Assembly: GCA_051878975.1 (NCBI GenBank) | Contig: JBJELD010000018.1 | Location: forward strand, 3,188-67,187 | Length of the DNA: 64,000 nt | Direction: 5' to 3' | From: Candidatus Caccovicinus sp. | GTDB taxonomy: Bacteria > Bacillota > Clostridia > Lachnospirales > Lachnospiraceae | Shown: positions 9,210 through 19,583 of the stretch, in pieces | Numbering within the stretch: the stretch's first letter is position 1 | Layout: every line of letters starts with the position of its first letter | Notes under the pieces: generated by a model | What the model was told of the DNA's origin: nothing | The model's database searches: none | The model's input: only the letters and a program-made list of their open reading frames with translations | Translations under genes and position numbers: made by a program

Positions 9210-10862
9210 TTACACCCGGAAACAGCTCCCGCCGATAAACTCCCGGATGATGGAATTCTTCGGCACATCTTCGCTGCTGACCCCCAGAAAATAATCCAGG
9301 AATTTTAAAAGCCGCTTGGCCTCCGCATATTCTTCGCTGTCCCTCGGAATGCCGAACAGCAGCGGCTCTGCGTACTGCTTCAGCACCGCAAGTTCATAAA
9401 CCAGCGCGGAATTGAACATCACATCCGCATCCTCCTGATAAGGGAAGATGTTCTGCTCCTCTCCCTTTCGGACCGATCCCCACATCCGGATCGTGTCCTG
9501 CGCCGAAGAGCCTCTTGTCCTGGCATCCCGCACGATCCGCCGGATCAGACGTCCGTCCGTCGTAGGTACCCGGTTATGCTCATCCACATTCAGAGAGGTC
9601 AGGGCGCTGATATAAATTTTAAACTTGCTTTCCTTCGGAAGGGAATAGGAAAGGCGGTCATTCAGGCAGTGGATTCCCTCAATCACCAGAATATCATCCG
9701 AACCAAGCGTCAGATAATCCCCCTTATATTCCCGCATTCCCGTAATAAAATTATAGCGCGGAAGCTCCACCGTCTCACCGGCCAGAAGCCTTGTCATATC
9801 CTCATTAAACTGCTTTATATCCAGACATTCCAGAACTTCATAATTATAATTGCCATGTTCATCCCTTGGAGAATCCACCCGGTTTACGAAATAATTGTCA
9901 ACCGAGATCGGATGCGGATTCAGCCCCAGCGCCATCAGCTGGATACTCAGCCGGTGGGAAAAGGTCGTTTTTCCGGAAGAGGACGGACCGGCAATCATAA
10001 CCAGCTTCTTCGTCCCGGTCTCCGCAATCTGTCCGGCAATCTCCCCGATTTTCTTCTCCATCAGGGCCTCCTCAATCAGAATCATCTGATTTGCCTTTCC
10101 CCTGGAAATCCAGTCATTCAGGCCTCCTACATTCGCCAGATCCAGACGGTTTCCCCAGTCGGAGGTAGCCTTCAGCACATGGAACAGCTTATCCTTCGGT
10201 TCGAACGGCTCGACTCGCTTCGGATCCACTGTCGGAAACTGCAGCACAAAACCATCCTGGTAAAGAACCAGATCAAAATACTTTAAATACCCGGTATTCT
10301 GAACCATATATCCGTAAAAATAATCCTCAAAGCCTCCGATACTGTATACATTGACCGTAGACACCCGACGATAGCGGAACAGCCGTTCCTTGTCGTACAT
10401 TCCATGCTTATGAAACAGCTCCACCGCCTCATCCGCAGGCATATTCCGCTTCATGATCGGAATTCTCTGTGCCGCATATTCCTGCATCTTCGCCTTCACC
10501 TGATTCAGAAATTCCTGTGTCAGCTCAAATTCCAGATCCGCCGCCACAAAATAACCGTTTCCCAGTGAATAATCCACGGTCAACTTCCGGATCCGGCGTC
10601 CTCCCGCCACATCGTAGCAGGCCTTCAGCATCAAAAAAGAAAGACTCCTCCGGTAAGTCTGCCTTCCGGCTTTCTCTCTTGCCGTAATAAACCGGATGTC
10701 CCTGCATTCCCTGGCTCTCTTGTGCAGCTCCTGAAGCTTACCGTCCACCTGAACCAGCAGGATATCATCCTCATAATCCTTCTGGCAGTCCTCTGCAACC
10801 GTATACCATGTTGTTCCAAAAGGATACTCTTTCGTTTCACCATTTATCGTAATCTGAATCAT
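9210..10862 (-). CDS. Nucleoside (uridine) kinase with N-terminal ThrRS-like TGS/editing domains
   Basis: N-terminal ThrRS-like region; IAGPSSSGKTT, SVDNYF, EGIH, RRIVRDARTRG. Confidence 0.88.
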   Translation of the reverse strand: MIQITINGETKEYPFGTTWYTVAEDCQKDYEDDILLVQVDGKLQELHKRARECRDIRFITAREKAGRQTYRRSLSFLMLKACYDVAGGRRIRKLTVDYSLGNGYFVAADLEFELTQEFLNQVKAKMQEYAAQRIPIMKRNMPADEAVELFHKHGMYDKERLFRYRRVSTVNVYSIGGFEDYFYGYMVQNTGYLKYFDLVLYQDGFVLQFPTVDPKRVEPFEPKDKLFHVLKATSDWGNRLDLANVGGLNDWISRGKANQMILIEEALMEKKIGEIAGQIAETGTKKLVMIAGPSSSGKTTFSHRLSIQLMALGLNPHPISVDNYFVNRVDSPRDEHGNYNYEVLECLDIKQFNEDMTRLLAGETVELPRYNFITGMREYKGDYLTLGSDDILVIEGIHCLNDRLSYSLPKESKFKIYISALTSLNVDEHNRVPTTDGRLIRRIVRDARTRGSSAQDTIRMWGSVRKGEEQNIFPYQEDADVMFNSALVYELAVLKQYAEPLLFGIPRDSEEYAEAKRLLKFLDYFLGVSSEDVPKNSIIREFIGGSCFRV

Positions 10863-10903
10863 AGGCCCTCCTGATCTGCCTGAAAATGGTTTTACAAGGG
10901 TTC

Positions 10904-11704
10904 TTACAATACCGCCGCCGGAAATACCACCGGCGCTTTCACGATCCGGATTTCATCCCGGAAAATCTTTTTCAGATAGCATTCCATAAAATCCATAAAA
11001 ATATGTTCCAGACCATAATGTCCGGCATCGATGACCGCCATTTTTCTTGCCAGGCTGTCAATCCCCTCATGATGTCCGATATCGCCGGTAATCAGCACAT
11101 CTGCGCCCCATTTCAGGGCCGAGGAAATCACACTTCCGCCGGAACCGGGACAGACCGCGCAGAGACCGACCGGTTTTTCTGATTCCAGATCACCGTATAC
11201 CATCACAAACGGCAGCCCAAAGACCGCCTTGACATGTGCGGCCAGCTCTTTTAACGTCATCTTCTTTTCCAGTGCTCCCACCCGGCCGATTCCGTAAAAA
11301 ACGCCGTCCGCTTCTCCTTCCGGCTCCAGAACAAAGCTTTCCTCTGACAGTCCGATCCGCTCTGCCGCCAGCTGCGCCATACATCCCGGCGCACTGTCAA
11401 AATTGGTATGCATCGCATAATAGGAAATATCCGCCTGAATCAGCTTCACCAGCCTCCGGCCGATAAAATCCATGTCATTGACTTTTTTAATCGGCTTAAA
11501 AATCAGCGGATGATGCGTCAGCAGCATATCCGCGCCTTCCCGGACAGCATCCTCCACCACCTGGTCCGTGGCATCCAGTGCCAGATAGACCGTCTTCACT
11601 TCTTTTCCTTCCCGCCCGGCCAGCAGACCGGGATTATCCCAGCTGCAGGCCATCGTTTCCGGAGCCAGATTTTCCAGCTCCATGATGATTTCACTGCATT
11701 TCAT
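10904..11704 (-). CDS. Nif3-like dinuclear metal protein
   Basis: WDNPGL, THHPLIF, MHTNFD, TGDIGHHE, DAGHYGLE; start moved to MKCSEII. Confidence 0.92.
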   Translation of the reverse strand: MKCSEIIMELENLAPETMACSWDNPGLLAGREGKEVKTVYLALDATDQVVEDAVREGADMLLTHHPLIFKPIKKVNDMDFIGRRLVKLIQADISYYAMHTNFDSAPGCMAQLAAERIGLSEESFVLEPEGEADGVFYGIGRVGALEKKMTLKELAAHVKAVFGLPFVMVYGDLESEKPVGLCAVCPGSGGSVISSALKWGADVLITGDIGHHEGIDSLARKMAVIDAGHYGLEHIFMDFMECYLKKIFRDEIRIVKAPVVFPAAVL

Positions 11705-12395
11705 TCTGTGCCTCCTCAATCCAGGAAAGCTGCTCCTTCAGCGCCTCTCCGGCCGCCTTCGCTCCCGGCGTGTTCTGACCGGAAAGCCCCTCTAAGATGC
11801 TCCGGATCCGCCCCTCTTCTTTTTTCAGGAACGAAACCAGCACCGGATCTTTCTCCTCGATCAGCTTTTTCCCATACAGATACTGAGCCGGGCTTTCGTA
11901 CTCCATACTTCCTCTCAAGACCAGCATCACCGTATAATACTTGCCGTCCTCCTGTACCATAGCCTCCTGCCGGATGGCAAAGCCCGCCTCTGCCAGATAC
12001 CGCCTCACCTTGTCAAGCTCGGACTGCGGAGAAAGCACAAACTGCTTCACGCTCTCCCACATGTGACGGCCCTCGTCCAGAATATGTATGATCAGCTCGC
12101 CGCCCATACCGGCAATCACCACCGTATCCGCCTCACCTGGTCTCAGTGCTGCCAGTCCGTCACTTAAACGGGTCTCAATCCGCTCCTCCAGACCTCTTTC
12201 CCGGATATGGTCTCTGGCCCGCTCCAGGGGCCCTTTCCCCACATCCATGGCAATTCCGGAGGAACAGATTCCTCTCTCAAGCAAATCGATCGGCAGATAT
12301 CCGTGATCTGTGCCGATATCTGCCACGCAGCCTCCTGCCGGTACAAAGGACGCAACCAGCTCCAGTCTTTTTGATAATTTCATATTTTTCATCAT
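11691..12395 (-). CDS. trmK: tRNA (adenine22-N1)-methyltransferase
   Basis: LSKRL, ADIGTDHGYLP, IAGMGGELI; sigA-trmK-nif3 synteny. Confidence 0.92.
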   Translation of the reverse strand: MMKNMKLSKRLELVASFVPAGGCVADIGTDHGYLPIDLLERGICSSGIAMDVGKGPLERARDHIRERGLEERIETRLSDGLAALRPGEADTVVIAGMGGELIIHILDEGRHMWESVKQFVLSPQSELDKVRRYLAEAGFAIRQEAMVQEDGKYYTVMLVLRGSMEYESPAQYLYGKKLIEEKDPVLVSFLKKEEGRIRSILEGLSGQNTPGAKAAGEALKEQLSWIEEAQNEMQ

Positions 12396-12401
12396 TCCAT
12401 C

Positions 12402-13526
12402 TTATTCCAAATAATCTCTTAATTTTTTGCTCCGGCTCGGATGCCGCAGCTTTCTGAGCGCCTTTGCCTCAATCTGTCGGATACGCTCCCTGGTTACATG
12501 GAATTCTTTTCCGACTTCTTCCAGAGTTCTGGGCCGCCCGTCATCCAGTCCAAACCGCAGACGAAGCACCTTCTGCTCCCGCTCCGTCAGCGTATCCAGA
12601 ACCTCCATCAGCTGCTCATGAAGAAGTGTGAAGGCAGCCGCATCCGCCGGAACCTCCACACGGTCATCCTGAATGAAATCTCCCAGATGACTGTCATCCT
12701 CTTCTCCGATCGGCGTCTCCAGAGACACCGGATCCTGTGAAATTTTCATAATTTCCCGCACCCGCTCTGCCGGAAGATCCATTCTGTCCGCAATTTCTTC
12801 CGGCGACGGCTCTCTGCCCAGCTCCTGCAGAAGCTGCCGGGAAGTGCGGATCAGCCGGTTAATGGTCTCCACCATGTGTACCGGAATCCGGATCGTTCTG
12901 GCCTGATCGGCAATGGCTCTGGTTATGGCCTGGCGGATCCACCAGGTCGCATACGTACTGAATTTATAACCCTTTGTATAATCAAACTTCTCCACAGCCT
13001 TGATCAGTCCCAGGTTTCCTTCCTGAATCAGGTCGAGAAACTGCATGCCGCGGCCTACATACCGCTTGGCAATACTGACAACCAGGCGCAGGTTTGCTTC
13101 CGCCAGACGCTTCTTGGCCCAGGAATCTCCCAGCACGACCTTCTTGGCCAGTTCAATCTCTTCCTCCGAGGAAAGAAGCGGAATCTTTCCGATCTCTTTC
13201 AGATACATACGGACCGGATCTTCCAGGCTGACGCCCTCCGGAACCGAGAGATCGATATGTTCCATATCGATTTCTTCCGCATCCTCCTCCGAAAACATCT
13301 CCGGGTCAATGTCCAGCTCATCACTGTCCGAGGTCTGCAGAACATCTACATGGTTTGCATCCAGGAAATCATAGATCCGGTCCAGCTGCTCATCACCAGG
13401 AACCTCCGGACGGAAATATTCCAGAATTTCTTTTTCCTCAAGAACATTCTTTTTCTTCTTCGCCAAGTCCAACAGGCCGGGCAGCTTTTCTTCCAATGTG
13501 CCAGTTTTTTCTTCCATGTTCCCCAT
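12402..13526 (-). CDS. rpoD: RNA polymerase primary sigma factor SigA
   Basis: [52 protein letters not shown]. Confidence 0.98.
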   Translation of the reverse strand: MGNMEEKTGTLEEKLPGLLDLAKKKKNVLEEKEILEYFRPEVPGDEQLDRIYDFLDANHVDVLQTSDSDELDIDPEMFSEEDAEEIDMEHIDLSVPEGVSLEDPVRMYLKEIGKIPLLSSEEEIELAKKVVLGDSWAKKRLAEANLRLVVSIAKRYVGRGMQFLDLIQEGNLGLIKAVEKFDYTKGYKFSTYATWWIRQAITRAIADQARTIRIPVHMVETINRLIRTSRQLLQELGREPSPEEIADRMDLPAERVREIMKISQDPVSLETPIGEEDDSHLGDFIQDDRVEVPADAAAFTLLHEQLMEVLDTLTEREQKVLRLRFGLDDGRPRTLEEVGKEFHVTRERIRQIEAKALRKLRHPSRSKKLRDYLE

Positions 13527-13542
13527 CCTTCCACGACCGCTG

Positions 13543-15330
13543 CTAATCCTCCAGAGTAATATTCAGACTGCGAAGCGCCGCCTGCTCCCGGATGATCTGC
13601 TGCAGTTCGTTAATATCCTGAGCCTGCCTGCTTGCCCAGTCCAGACTGTTTTTTTTCACCTTCATGACCGTCTCGGAAAATGCTTTCTTCTGCTCCTCAT
13701 TATTCAGCGAATCCCGCAGACTGGCATTAAACAGGGCGGCAACCTCCCGGTACTGTTCCTCATCATTGATAAAATGATTCAGGATCGCCGCCGGATTCAG
13801 GCTGCCTTTCTCGTGCCCGTCGAATACCATCTCCGCCACCTGATGATACAGCGGCTCCACAAAATCTGCCGCCGTGACAATGCCTTTTATTTTTTCAAAC
13901 AGATACGGCTTCTCGATCAGCCAGGTAAGCAGAAGACGCTGCGACTGCCTTGTACCTTCTTCTCTGCCCTTCTGAGCCTGTTTTTTCCGTTCCGTCTTTT
14001 CCTGTGTTCCGGATACGCCGGATATCGCCGAAGAAGCCGGTCCGAGACGGCTGCCCAGCTGATTGACCAGCCTTTTCAGATCCTCGTACGGGATATAGTG
14101 TTCCCGGGAAACCGCCTGAATATAATTATCCCGCTCCAGCACTTCTGGAAATTCCAGGAGCTTCTTTGCCGTCTCCTGGTAAAACCGGGTTTTCTGCTCT
14201 GGATCCTCCAGCTGATACTGCTGCTTCAGCACATCAATTTCAAACAGAAAACTGTTTTTTGCCTGGCGGATCCGCTCCCGGAAGGCATCCGCTCCCATAT
14301 TTTTCATAAATTCGTCCGGATCCTTATAAGGCTGCATGTTCAGCACCTTGACGGACATCCCCACATCCTTCAGAATCGGAATGGCCCGCAGGGCCGCCTT
14401 CACGCCGGCTTTGTCGCTGTCATAAGTGAGAATCACCTGATCCGTGTAACGCTTCAGCAGAACGGCATGCTGGCTGGTAAACGCCGTTCCCAGGGAGGCA
14501 ACCGAGTTGGTAAAGCCCGCCTGATGCATGGCGATCACATCCATGTAGCCCTCGCAGATCAGCATGTATTTTTCCCGGGAGGTTCTGGCAAAATTCAGTC
14601 CGAACAGATTCCGGCTCTTATCAAACAGCTTCGTCTCCGGAGAATTCAGATACTTCGGCTCTCCGTTTCCCATCACGCGGCCTCCGAAGCCGATCACCCG
14701 GTTATTCACGTCCAGAATCGGAAACATAACGCGGTTCCAGAACTTGTCATGGCTTCCCCTCTCTTCGACCGTCACCAGCCCGCTCTCTTTTAAGACCGAA
14801 TCTTCATATCCTTTGCTCCGCAGAAAGCGATACAGATCATCGCTGGTCTTATTGGCAAAACCAAGCCCGAAGTGGCGGATGGTTTCATCGCTCAGCTCCC
14901 GATTCCGCAAATACTCATACCCGCTTTTTCCCTGCGGCTGCTTCAGCTGGTAATAAAAATAGTTGGCTGCCAGCTTATTGATCTCCAGAAGTGTCTTTTT
15001 TAAATCCTCCTGCGCTCTGGCTTCCCTGCTGTACTCCTGTTTCGGCAGTGTGATTCCGGCCCGGTCCGCCAGAAACTGCAGAGCCTCGCCAAAGGAATAA
15101 TTTTCGTACTCCATAATAAACGTGATCACATTCCCGCCTGCGCCGCAGCCAAAACAGTAATACATCTGCTTTCCCGGCGACACGGAAAAGGAGGGCGATT
15201 TTTCATTATGAAATGGGCAGAGGCCGAAATAGCTGCTTCCCTTCTTCTGGAGTTTCACATAGCCGGATATCACATCTACAATGTCATTTCTCATCCGCAC
15301 TTCCTCAATCACTTCTTCCGGATAACGCAA
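13543..15330 (-). CDS. dnaG: DNA primase
   Basis: [11 protein letters not shown] Zn finger, [27 protein letters not shown]; probable TTG start at 15330 after GGAGGAAAGAGG. Confidence 0.97.
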   Translation of the reverse strand: MRYPEEVIEEVRMRNDIVDVISGYVKLQKKGSSYFGLCPFHNEKSPSFSVSPGKQMYYCFGCGAGGNVITFIMEYENYSFGEALQFLADRAGITLPKQEYSREARAQEDLKKTLLEINKLAANYFYYQLKQPQGKSGYEYLRNRELSDETIRHFGLGFANKTSDDLYRFLRSKGYEDSVLKESGLVTVEERGSHDKFWNRVMFPILDVNNRVIGFGGRVMGNGEPKYLNSPETKLFDKSRNLFGLNFARTSREKYMLICEGYMDVIAMHQAGFTNSVASLGTAFTSQHAVLLKRYTDQVILTYDSDKAGVKAALRAIPILKDVGMSVKVLNMQPYKDPDEFMKNMGADAFRERIRQAKNSFLFEIDVLKQQYQLEDPEQKTRFYQETAKKLLEFPEVLERDNYIQAVSREHYIPYEDLKRLVNQLGSRLGPASSAISGVSGTQEKTERKKQAQKGREEGTRQSQRLLLTWLIEKPYLFEKIKGIVTAADFVEPLYHQVAEMVFDGHEKGSLNPAAILNHFINDEEQYREVAALFNASLRDSLNNEEQKKAFSETVMKVKKNSLDWASRQAQDINELQQIIREQAALRSLNITLED

Positions 15331-15395
15331 ACCTCTTTCCTCCTCCTGTACATGTTTCATACAGCCGCAAAATCTCTTTTGCCCCGGCGCAGCTG

Positions 15396-16403
15396 CTAGG
15401 CTTTCCAGGCCTTCGGCACAAACAGCTCTTCAAACTTGTCAATAGCATAACTGTCACTCATCCCGGCAATATAATCACAGACGATCCGCTCCTTGGATTC
15501 GTTTCGCTGCCGCATCATGGTAAGATATTCTTTCGGAAGCCTGTCCACATGATGATAGTAATAATCATATAAAAAAACGATCAGCTGCTGTGCCTTGATC
15601 TCCTCTGCTTTTGGGATATCGCTGCGGTAGACATGCTCAAACATCCACCGGCGCAGCCCCTGCATGGCTTTCTCCATCCCCGAAGACATGACAATCTGCG
15701 GCTGATTCAGGCTGTTCTGAATCACATCATGAATCAGCGCATTCAGCCGCTCCCGTACACTATGCCCCAGGATATCCGTAAACTCGCCGGGCAGATCCTT
15801 CTCCTGAAACATCCTGGCCCGGATAGCATCATCAATATCGTGATTAATATAGGCAATCTTATCCGAAAGGCGCACCACCGCTCCCTCCAGAGTGGAAGGA
15901 TGGCCGCTGGTCCGATGGTTGCGGATTCCGTCCCGCACCTCCCAGGTCAGGTTCAGACCCTTCCCGTCCTTCTCCAGGACCTCCACCACCCGGACACTCT
16001 GCTCATAATGTGCAAAGCCTTCCGGACAGATCTCATTTAAAACCGCCTCGCCGGAATGACCGAAGGGTGTATGGCCCAGGTCATGCCCCAGTGCAATCGC
16101 CTCCGTCAGATCCTCGTTCAGCCGGAGCGCCTTGGAAATTGTCCTGGCAATCTGGGAGACCTCCAGTGTATGGGTCAGACGGGTCCGGTAATGATCCCCC
16201 TCCGGAGCAAGAAACACCTGTGTCTTATGCTTCAGCCGACGGAAGGATTTGCTGTGCAGAATCCGGTCCCGATCCCGCTGATAATCCGGGCGGATATCAC
16301 AGGGCGTCTCGAAACGGTCTCTGCCTCTGCTGTCCCTGCTGTGCGAAGCATACGGACTCAAATACTCTTCTTCCCATTGTTCCAGATTTTCTCTTATGGT
16401 CAC
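15396..16403 (-). CDS. dgt: Deoxyguanosinetriphosphate triphosphohydrolase (HD)
   Basis: RDRDRILHS, FRRLKHKTQV, TRLTHTLEV, HDLGHTPFGH, DYIAGMSD. Confidence 0.93.
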   Translation of the reverse strand: MTIRENLEQWEEEYLSPYASHSRDSRGRDRFETPCDIRPDYQRDRDRILHSKSFRRLKHKTQVFLAPEGDHYRTRLTHTLEVSQIARTISKALRLNEDLTEAIALGHDLGHTPFGHSGEAVLNEICPEGFAHYEQSVRVVEVLEKDGKGLNLTWEVRDGIRNHRTSGHPSTLEGAVVRLSDKIAYINHDIDDAIRARMFQEKDLPGEFTDILGHSVRERLNALIHDVIQNSLNQPQIVMSSGMEKAMQGLRRWMFEHVYRSDIPKAEEIKAQQLIVFLYDYYYHHVDRLPKEYLTMMRQRNESKERIVCDYIAGMSDSYAIDKFEELFVPKAWKA

Positions 16404-16494
16404 AACGCCTCCCCCTTCCCATCACAGATGCTCTAAGTATATCATAATTTTCCAAGAATTAACACCGCTTTTGCCGGGAAAGTTGGCTGAATGG

Positions 16495-16538
16495 AAAAAC
16501 TGGCTGTCCTCCCATCCTGGGGCTGACAGCCAGTTTTC
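16495..16538 (-). terminator. Terminator hairpin after XRE gene
   Basis: AAAACTGGCTGTC...GACAGCCAGTTTT inverted repeat. Confidence 0.7.
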
Positions 16539-16562
16539 TCTTTTGTCCCTCGGTTATTCGTC

Positions 16563-16802
16563 CTATTCGTCTTGTTCCAGATTGTCAAAAATATCATCAT
16601 CGTAGAACTCACGGATGGTCAGGCCAAGACCTTCTGCCATCTTTTTGATGTTTACAATCCCGGGATTTTTGCTTTTGCCGTTCATGATACTTTTTACAGT
16701 GGACGGCGGCATACCAGTTTTGTAAGCCAGTTCATACATGGACAATCTCTGCGCTTTACTCAAAGTACGAATACGAGTAATGGTTGCTTCGTTAATGTTC
16801 AT
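16563..16802 (-). CDS. Small XRE-family HTH regulator
   Basis: 79 aa; LSMYELAYKTGMPPSTVKSIMNG..NPG..IKKMAEGLG; RBS AAAGGAG. Confidence 0.85.
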   Translation of the reverse strand: MNINEATITRIRTLSKAQRLSMYELAYKTGMPPSTVKSIMNGKSKNPGIVNIKKMAEGLGLTIREFYDDDIFDNLEQDE

Positions 16803-16895
16803 AGTACAATCTCTCCTTTGTCCCTAGTTTAGTCGAAAAACACACACTTTGCGGTCGATAAAATAGAAATTCTGAATATTTTTGTAATTTTTTTG

Positions 16896-18593
16896 TCAAA
16901 TACTGTCCGCAGCACACAAAACACCGTATCCGAGCTCCTGATTTGGCCATTCTGCAAACCCGGGAAGATGACGTGCTCCCCGAATCAGCCTTGCCTTTAC
17001 CTTTTCTCCGTAAAGAAACGGATCATTCCCTTGATTTATGCCCCATTCCATGAGAAGCGAAGAAGTGCCCGTCACGAAGGGGGCTGCAAATGAGGTCCCT
17101 GTCACCTCGTCATAGCCACCCCCGGATAAGGTTGTGACAATGTCCGTCCCCGGCGCAGCCAGGTCCGGTTTGACCTGATTGGTCATTCTGGTATAGCCTC
17201 TTCCGGAAAAGTCCGCATAGGACTGATACGCAATATCGTAAGCTCCCACCGAAATCACCTTTCGCGCCGTAGAGGGAATCGTAAGCGTTGTATCCGGTGC
17301 AGAGGCCAGAAAACGGGTGGAGGGATTTAATATGCCCTGGGCCGGAAGCCACAGATCATACTGCCCGGTCACCAGCTTCACCGGCTCCAGCAGAAAGCGC
17401 CACACACCACTGTCCAGATACGTTTCTGTCGGAATAAAATCCAGAAAAATCTCCTGAGCCTGGCTGTATGGACTGGGCTCTCCGTAATAAACCAGGATCT
17501 GCGTGTCCCCGTAGCGGTACCGCTGAGTTCCCAGCTTCTCTGAAAAAGGCCCCAGCACCTCCCCGGAGGGCGTCATCAGAGAAATCCGGAATTCATCCGC
17601 AAAGGATTTCCACAGCTGTACACTCAATCCCGTCTCAAAAGGTGCTACCGAGAGAAGAACCTCCTCTCTTCGTCCTTCCGTCAGCCGGCCGGAAGCGTGT
17701 CCGCCGCTGCTTCCCTCATTTCCAGTTCCCGCTGCAATCACCGTCCTGCCGAAGCCGGCTGCCTCGTCAATAAAGGTTTCCAGCAGGCTGGTCCCATCAT
17801 GAGAGCCGTAAGTATTTCCGAAGCTGATATTTACCGCCACCGGCATTCCCAACCGGACGCCGGTCCGGACCGCAAAATCCACTGCCCGCATCAGCTGTGT
17901 CGTCCTGGGAAATCCCTCCGCCTCCGGCACGCCGAGCCGGACAATCAGCAGGTCGCTCCCATACGCTACACCGCGGTACCGTCCGCCGCTTTCCCGTCCG
18001 TTTCCGGCTGCAATTCCGGTTACTGCCGTACCATGTCCGCTTACATCCACAGAGGGAACCAGTGCCAGCCCGGCACTCCGGCTTCCGGCCTGAAGCGCCT
18101 CATTGATCTCCTCGGCATCAAATACCCGGTCCAGAACCTGGTCCCATAGATAACGAATTCTGGTACTTCCATCTTCATTCCGAAAATCCGGATGAAAATA
18201 GTCAATACCAGAATCCAGTACCGCTACGAGAACCCCTTTTCCGCTTAAATTCAGTCCGCCTTCCTGCAGCGGCGAAAGGCAGGAAGCGGCTCGGGCTTCG
18301 TAGACAGCAAAAATAAGCCGTTTGGGTTTTTCAACATATTCAATCTGAGCAAGTCGGCTCACCTCGTCAATCCGACTCTGCGGCACCCAGAGAATCGCAT
18401 ACCCGCTTAAAAGCTCCTCCACCCGGATACCGGAATCCCTTAATTCATCCAGACTTCCCGAATATCGGACAATCAACTCCCACGTTTTTTCGACCGGATT
18501 GTACCCGACCTCCAGTTCTGCAGATTTTTCCCGCTCTTCTTCTGTCGCATCCAGGGCAAGATTCAGCAGATTCTCCAGCTTTTGGTTTTCCAT
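16896..18593 (-). CDS. S8 subtilisin-like protease, Csp (CspA/CspB)-like
   Basis: Intact triad VLDSGID / HGTAV / GTSFAAP, N-terminal prodomain, jelly-roll insertion, DPFLYGEKVK motif typical of clostridial Csp proteases. Confidence 0.88.
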   Translation of the reverse strand: MENQKLENLLNLALDATEEEREKSAELEVGYNPVEKTWELIVRYSGSLDELRDSGIRVEELLSGYAILWVPQSRIDEVSRLAQIEYVEKPKRLIFAVYEARAASCLSPLQEGGLNLSGKGVLVAVLDSGIDYFHPDFRNEDGSTRIRYLWDQVLDRVFDAEEINEALQAGSRSAGLALVPSVDVSGHGTAVTGIAAGNGRESGGRYRGVAYGSDLLIVRLGVPEAEGFPRTTQLMRAVDFAVRTGVRLGMPVAVNISFGNTYGSHDGTSLLETFIDEAAGFGRTVIAAGTGNEGSSGGHASGRLTEGRREEVLLSVAPFETGLSVQLWKSFADEFRISLMTPSGEVLGPFSEKLGTQRYRYGDTQILVYYGEPSPYSQAQEIFLDFIPTETYLDSGVWRFLLEPVKLVTGQYDLWLPAQGILNPSTRFLASAPDTTLTIPSTARKVISVGAYDIAYQSYADFSGRGYTRMTNQVKPDLAAPGTDIVTTLSGGGYDEVTGTSFAAPFVTGTSSLLMEWGINQGNDPFLYGEKVKARLIRGARHLPGFAEWPNQELGYGVLCAADSI

Positions 18594-18662
18594 GTCTCAT
18601 TCCTGCTTTCCAGGCTCTCATAGATATCCTATCCGCTGGTCTGTCAGATTATACCTGTTTTT

Positions 18663-19583
18663 TTATTTTAAGAAGCCATTTATGATCTGCGCTTCTGCCT
18701 CCTGCTCCGTAAGACCCAGGGTCATCAGCTTAATGATCTGTTCCCCGGCAATTTTTCCGATGGCCGCCTCATGAATCAGCGCCGCATCCGGGTTGTTTGC
18801 CGTCAGCTCCGGAACCGCCGCAATCTTTGCGTCATCCATAATAATCGCATCACATTCCGTATGTCCGGCACATTTTGCATTTCCGTTGATCCGGGAAATG
18901 AATTTCTGTGAAGAATGCTCCTTCGCCACAGAACGGGAAATGACATTTGCGCTGGCATCCTCACCGTTCAGATTTACATCAAAGCTGCTGACTGCATTCT
19001 GCTTTCCATGGGTCAGCAGACGCTCCCGGATGACCAGCTTGGCTCCGGCCGCCAGATCCGCTGTGGTGGTACGCACGGTAGAATCCACACCCTTGATCTG
19101 GGTCATCTCCATCTCCATGTAGCTGCCCTCCTCCATGGTTACCTCCGTGCCCGGATTTAAAATACGCTCGCCGCTTCCGTCGCCGCTTCCATAATGCTTT
19201 TCCACATATTTCACCTTTGCATTTTTTCCTACAAAGAAACGATGAATGCCGTCGTGCTCCGAATCCTGATTTCCGCAGTTGTGAATGCCGCAGCCGGCCA
19301 CGATCACCACGTCCGCCTCATCCCCGATATAGAAATCATTGTACACCGTTTCCTTCATACCGCTCTCACTTAATACGACCGGAATGTGCACGCTTTCGTT
19401 CTTCGTGCCCGGCTTGACGTGAATATCGATGCCGCTGCCGTCCGGCTTGGAAATGATATCAATATTGGCTGTTGTATTTCTCCCGGCCATCCTGCCGTTG
19501 GCACGGATATTATAGGCGCCTTCCGGCACCGTATGCAGGTCTGCCACCTGCTCCAGTAACGTCTTCTGAATCTCATCTATCAT
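18663..19583 (-). CDS. Short SufB/SufD-family Fe-S scaffold (SmsB-like)
   Basis: Beta-helix repeats, GHTECDAII, HEAAIGKIAGEQIIKLMTLGLTEQEA; 306 aa. Confidence 0.88.
   Translation of the reverse strand: MIDEIQKTLLEQVADLHTVPEGAYNIRANGRMAGRNTTANIDIISKPDGSGIDIHVKPGTKNESVHIPVVLSESGMKETVYNDFYIGDEADVVIVAGCGIHNCGNQDSEHDGIHRFFVGKNAKVKYVEKHYGSGDGSGERILNPGTEVTMEEGSYMEMEMTQIKGVDSTVRTTTADLAAGAKLVIRERLLTHGKQNAVSSFDVNLNGEDASANVISRSVAKEHSSQKFISRINGNAKCAGHTECDAIIMDDAKIAAVPELTANNPDAALIHEAAIGKIAGEQIIKLMTLGLTEQEAEAQIINGFLK

Noticed and set aside
8830-9308. Short ORFs over 8830-9308
   Set aside because: They overlap the RNase P RNA, which explains the region
13498-14793. 431-aa plus-strand ORF
   Set aside because: Antisense shadow of dnaG
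16563-16802. XRE gene as prophage remnant or antitoxin
   Set aside because: No phage genes or toxin partner nearby; looks like a stand-alone chromosomal regulator
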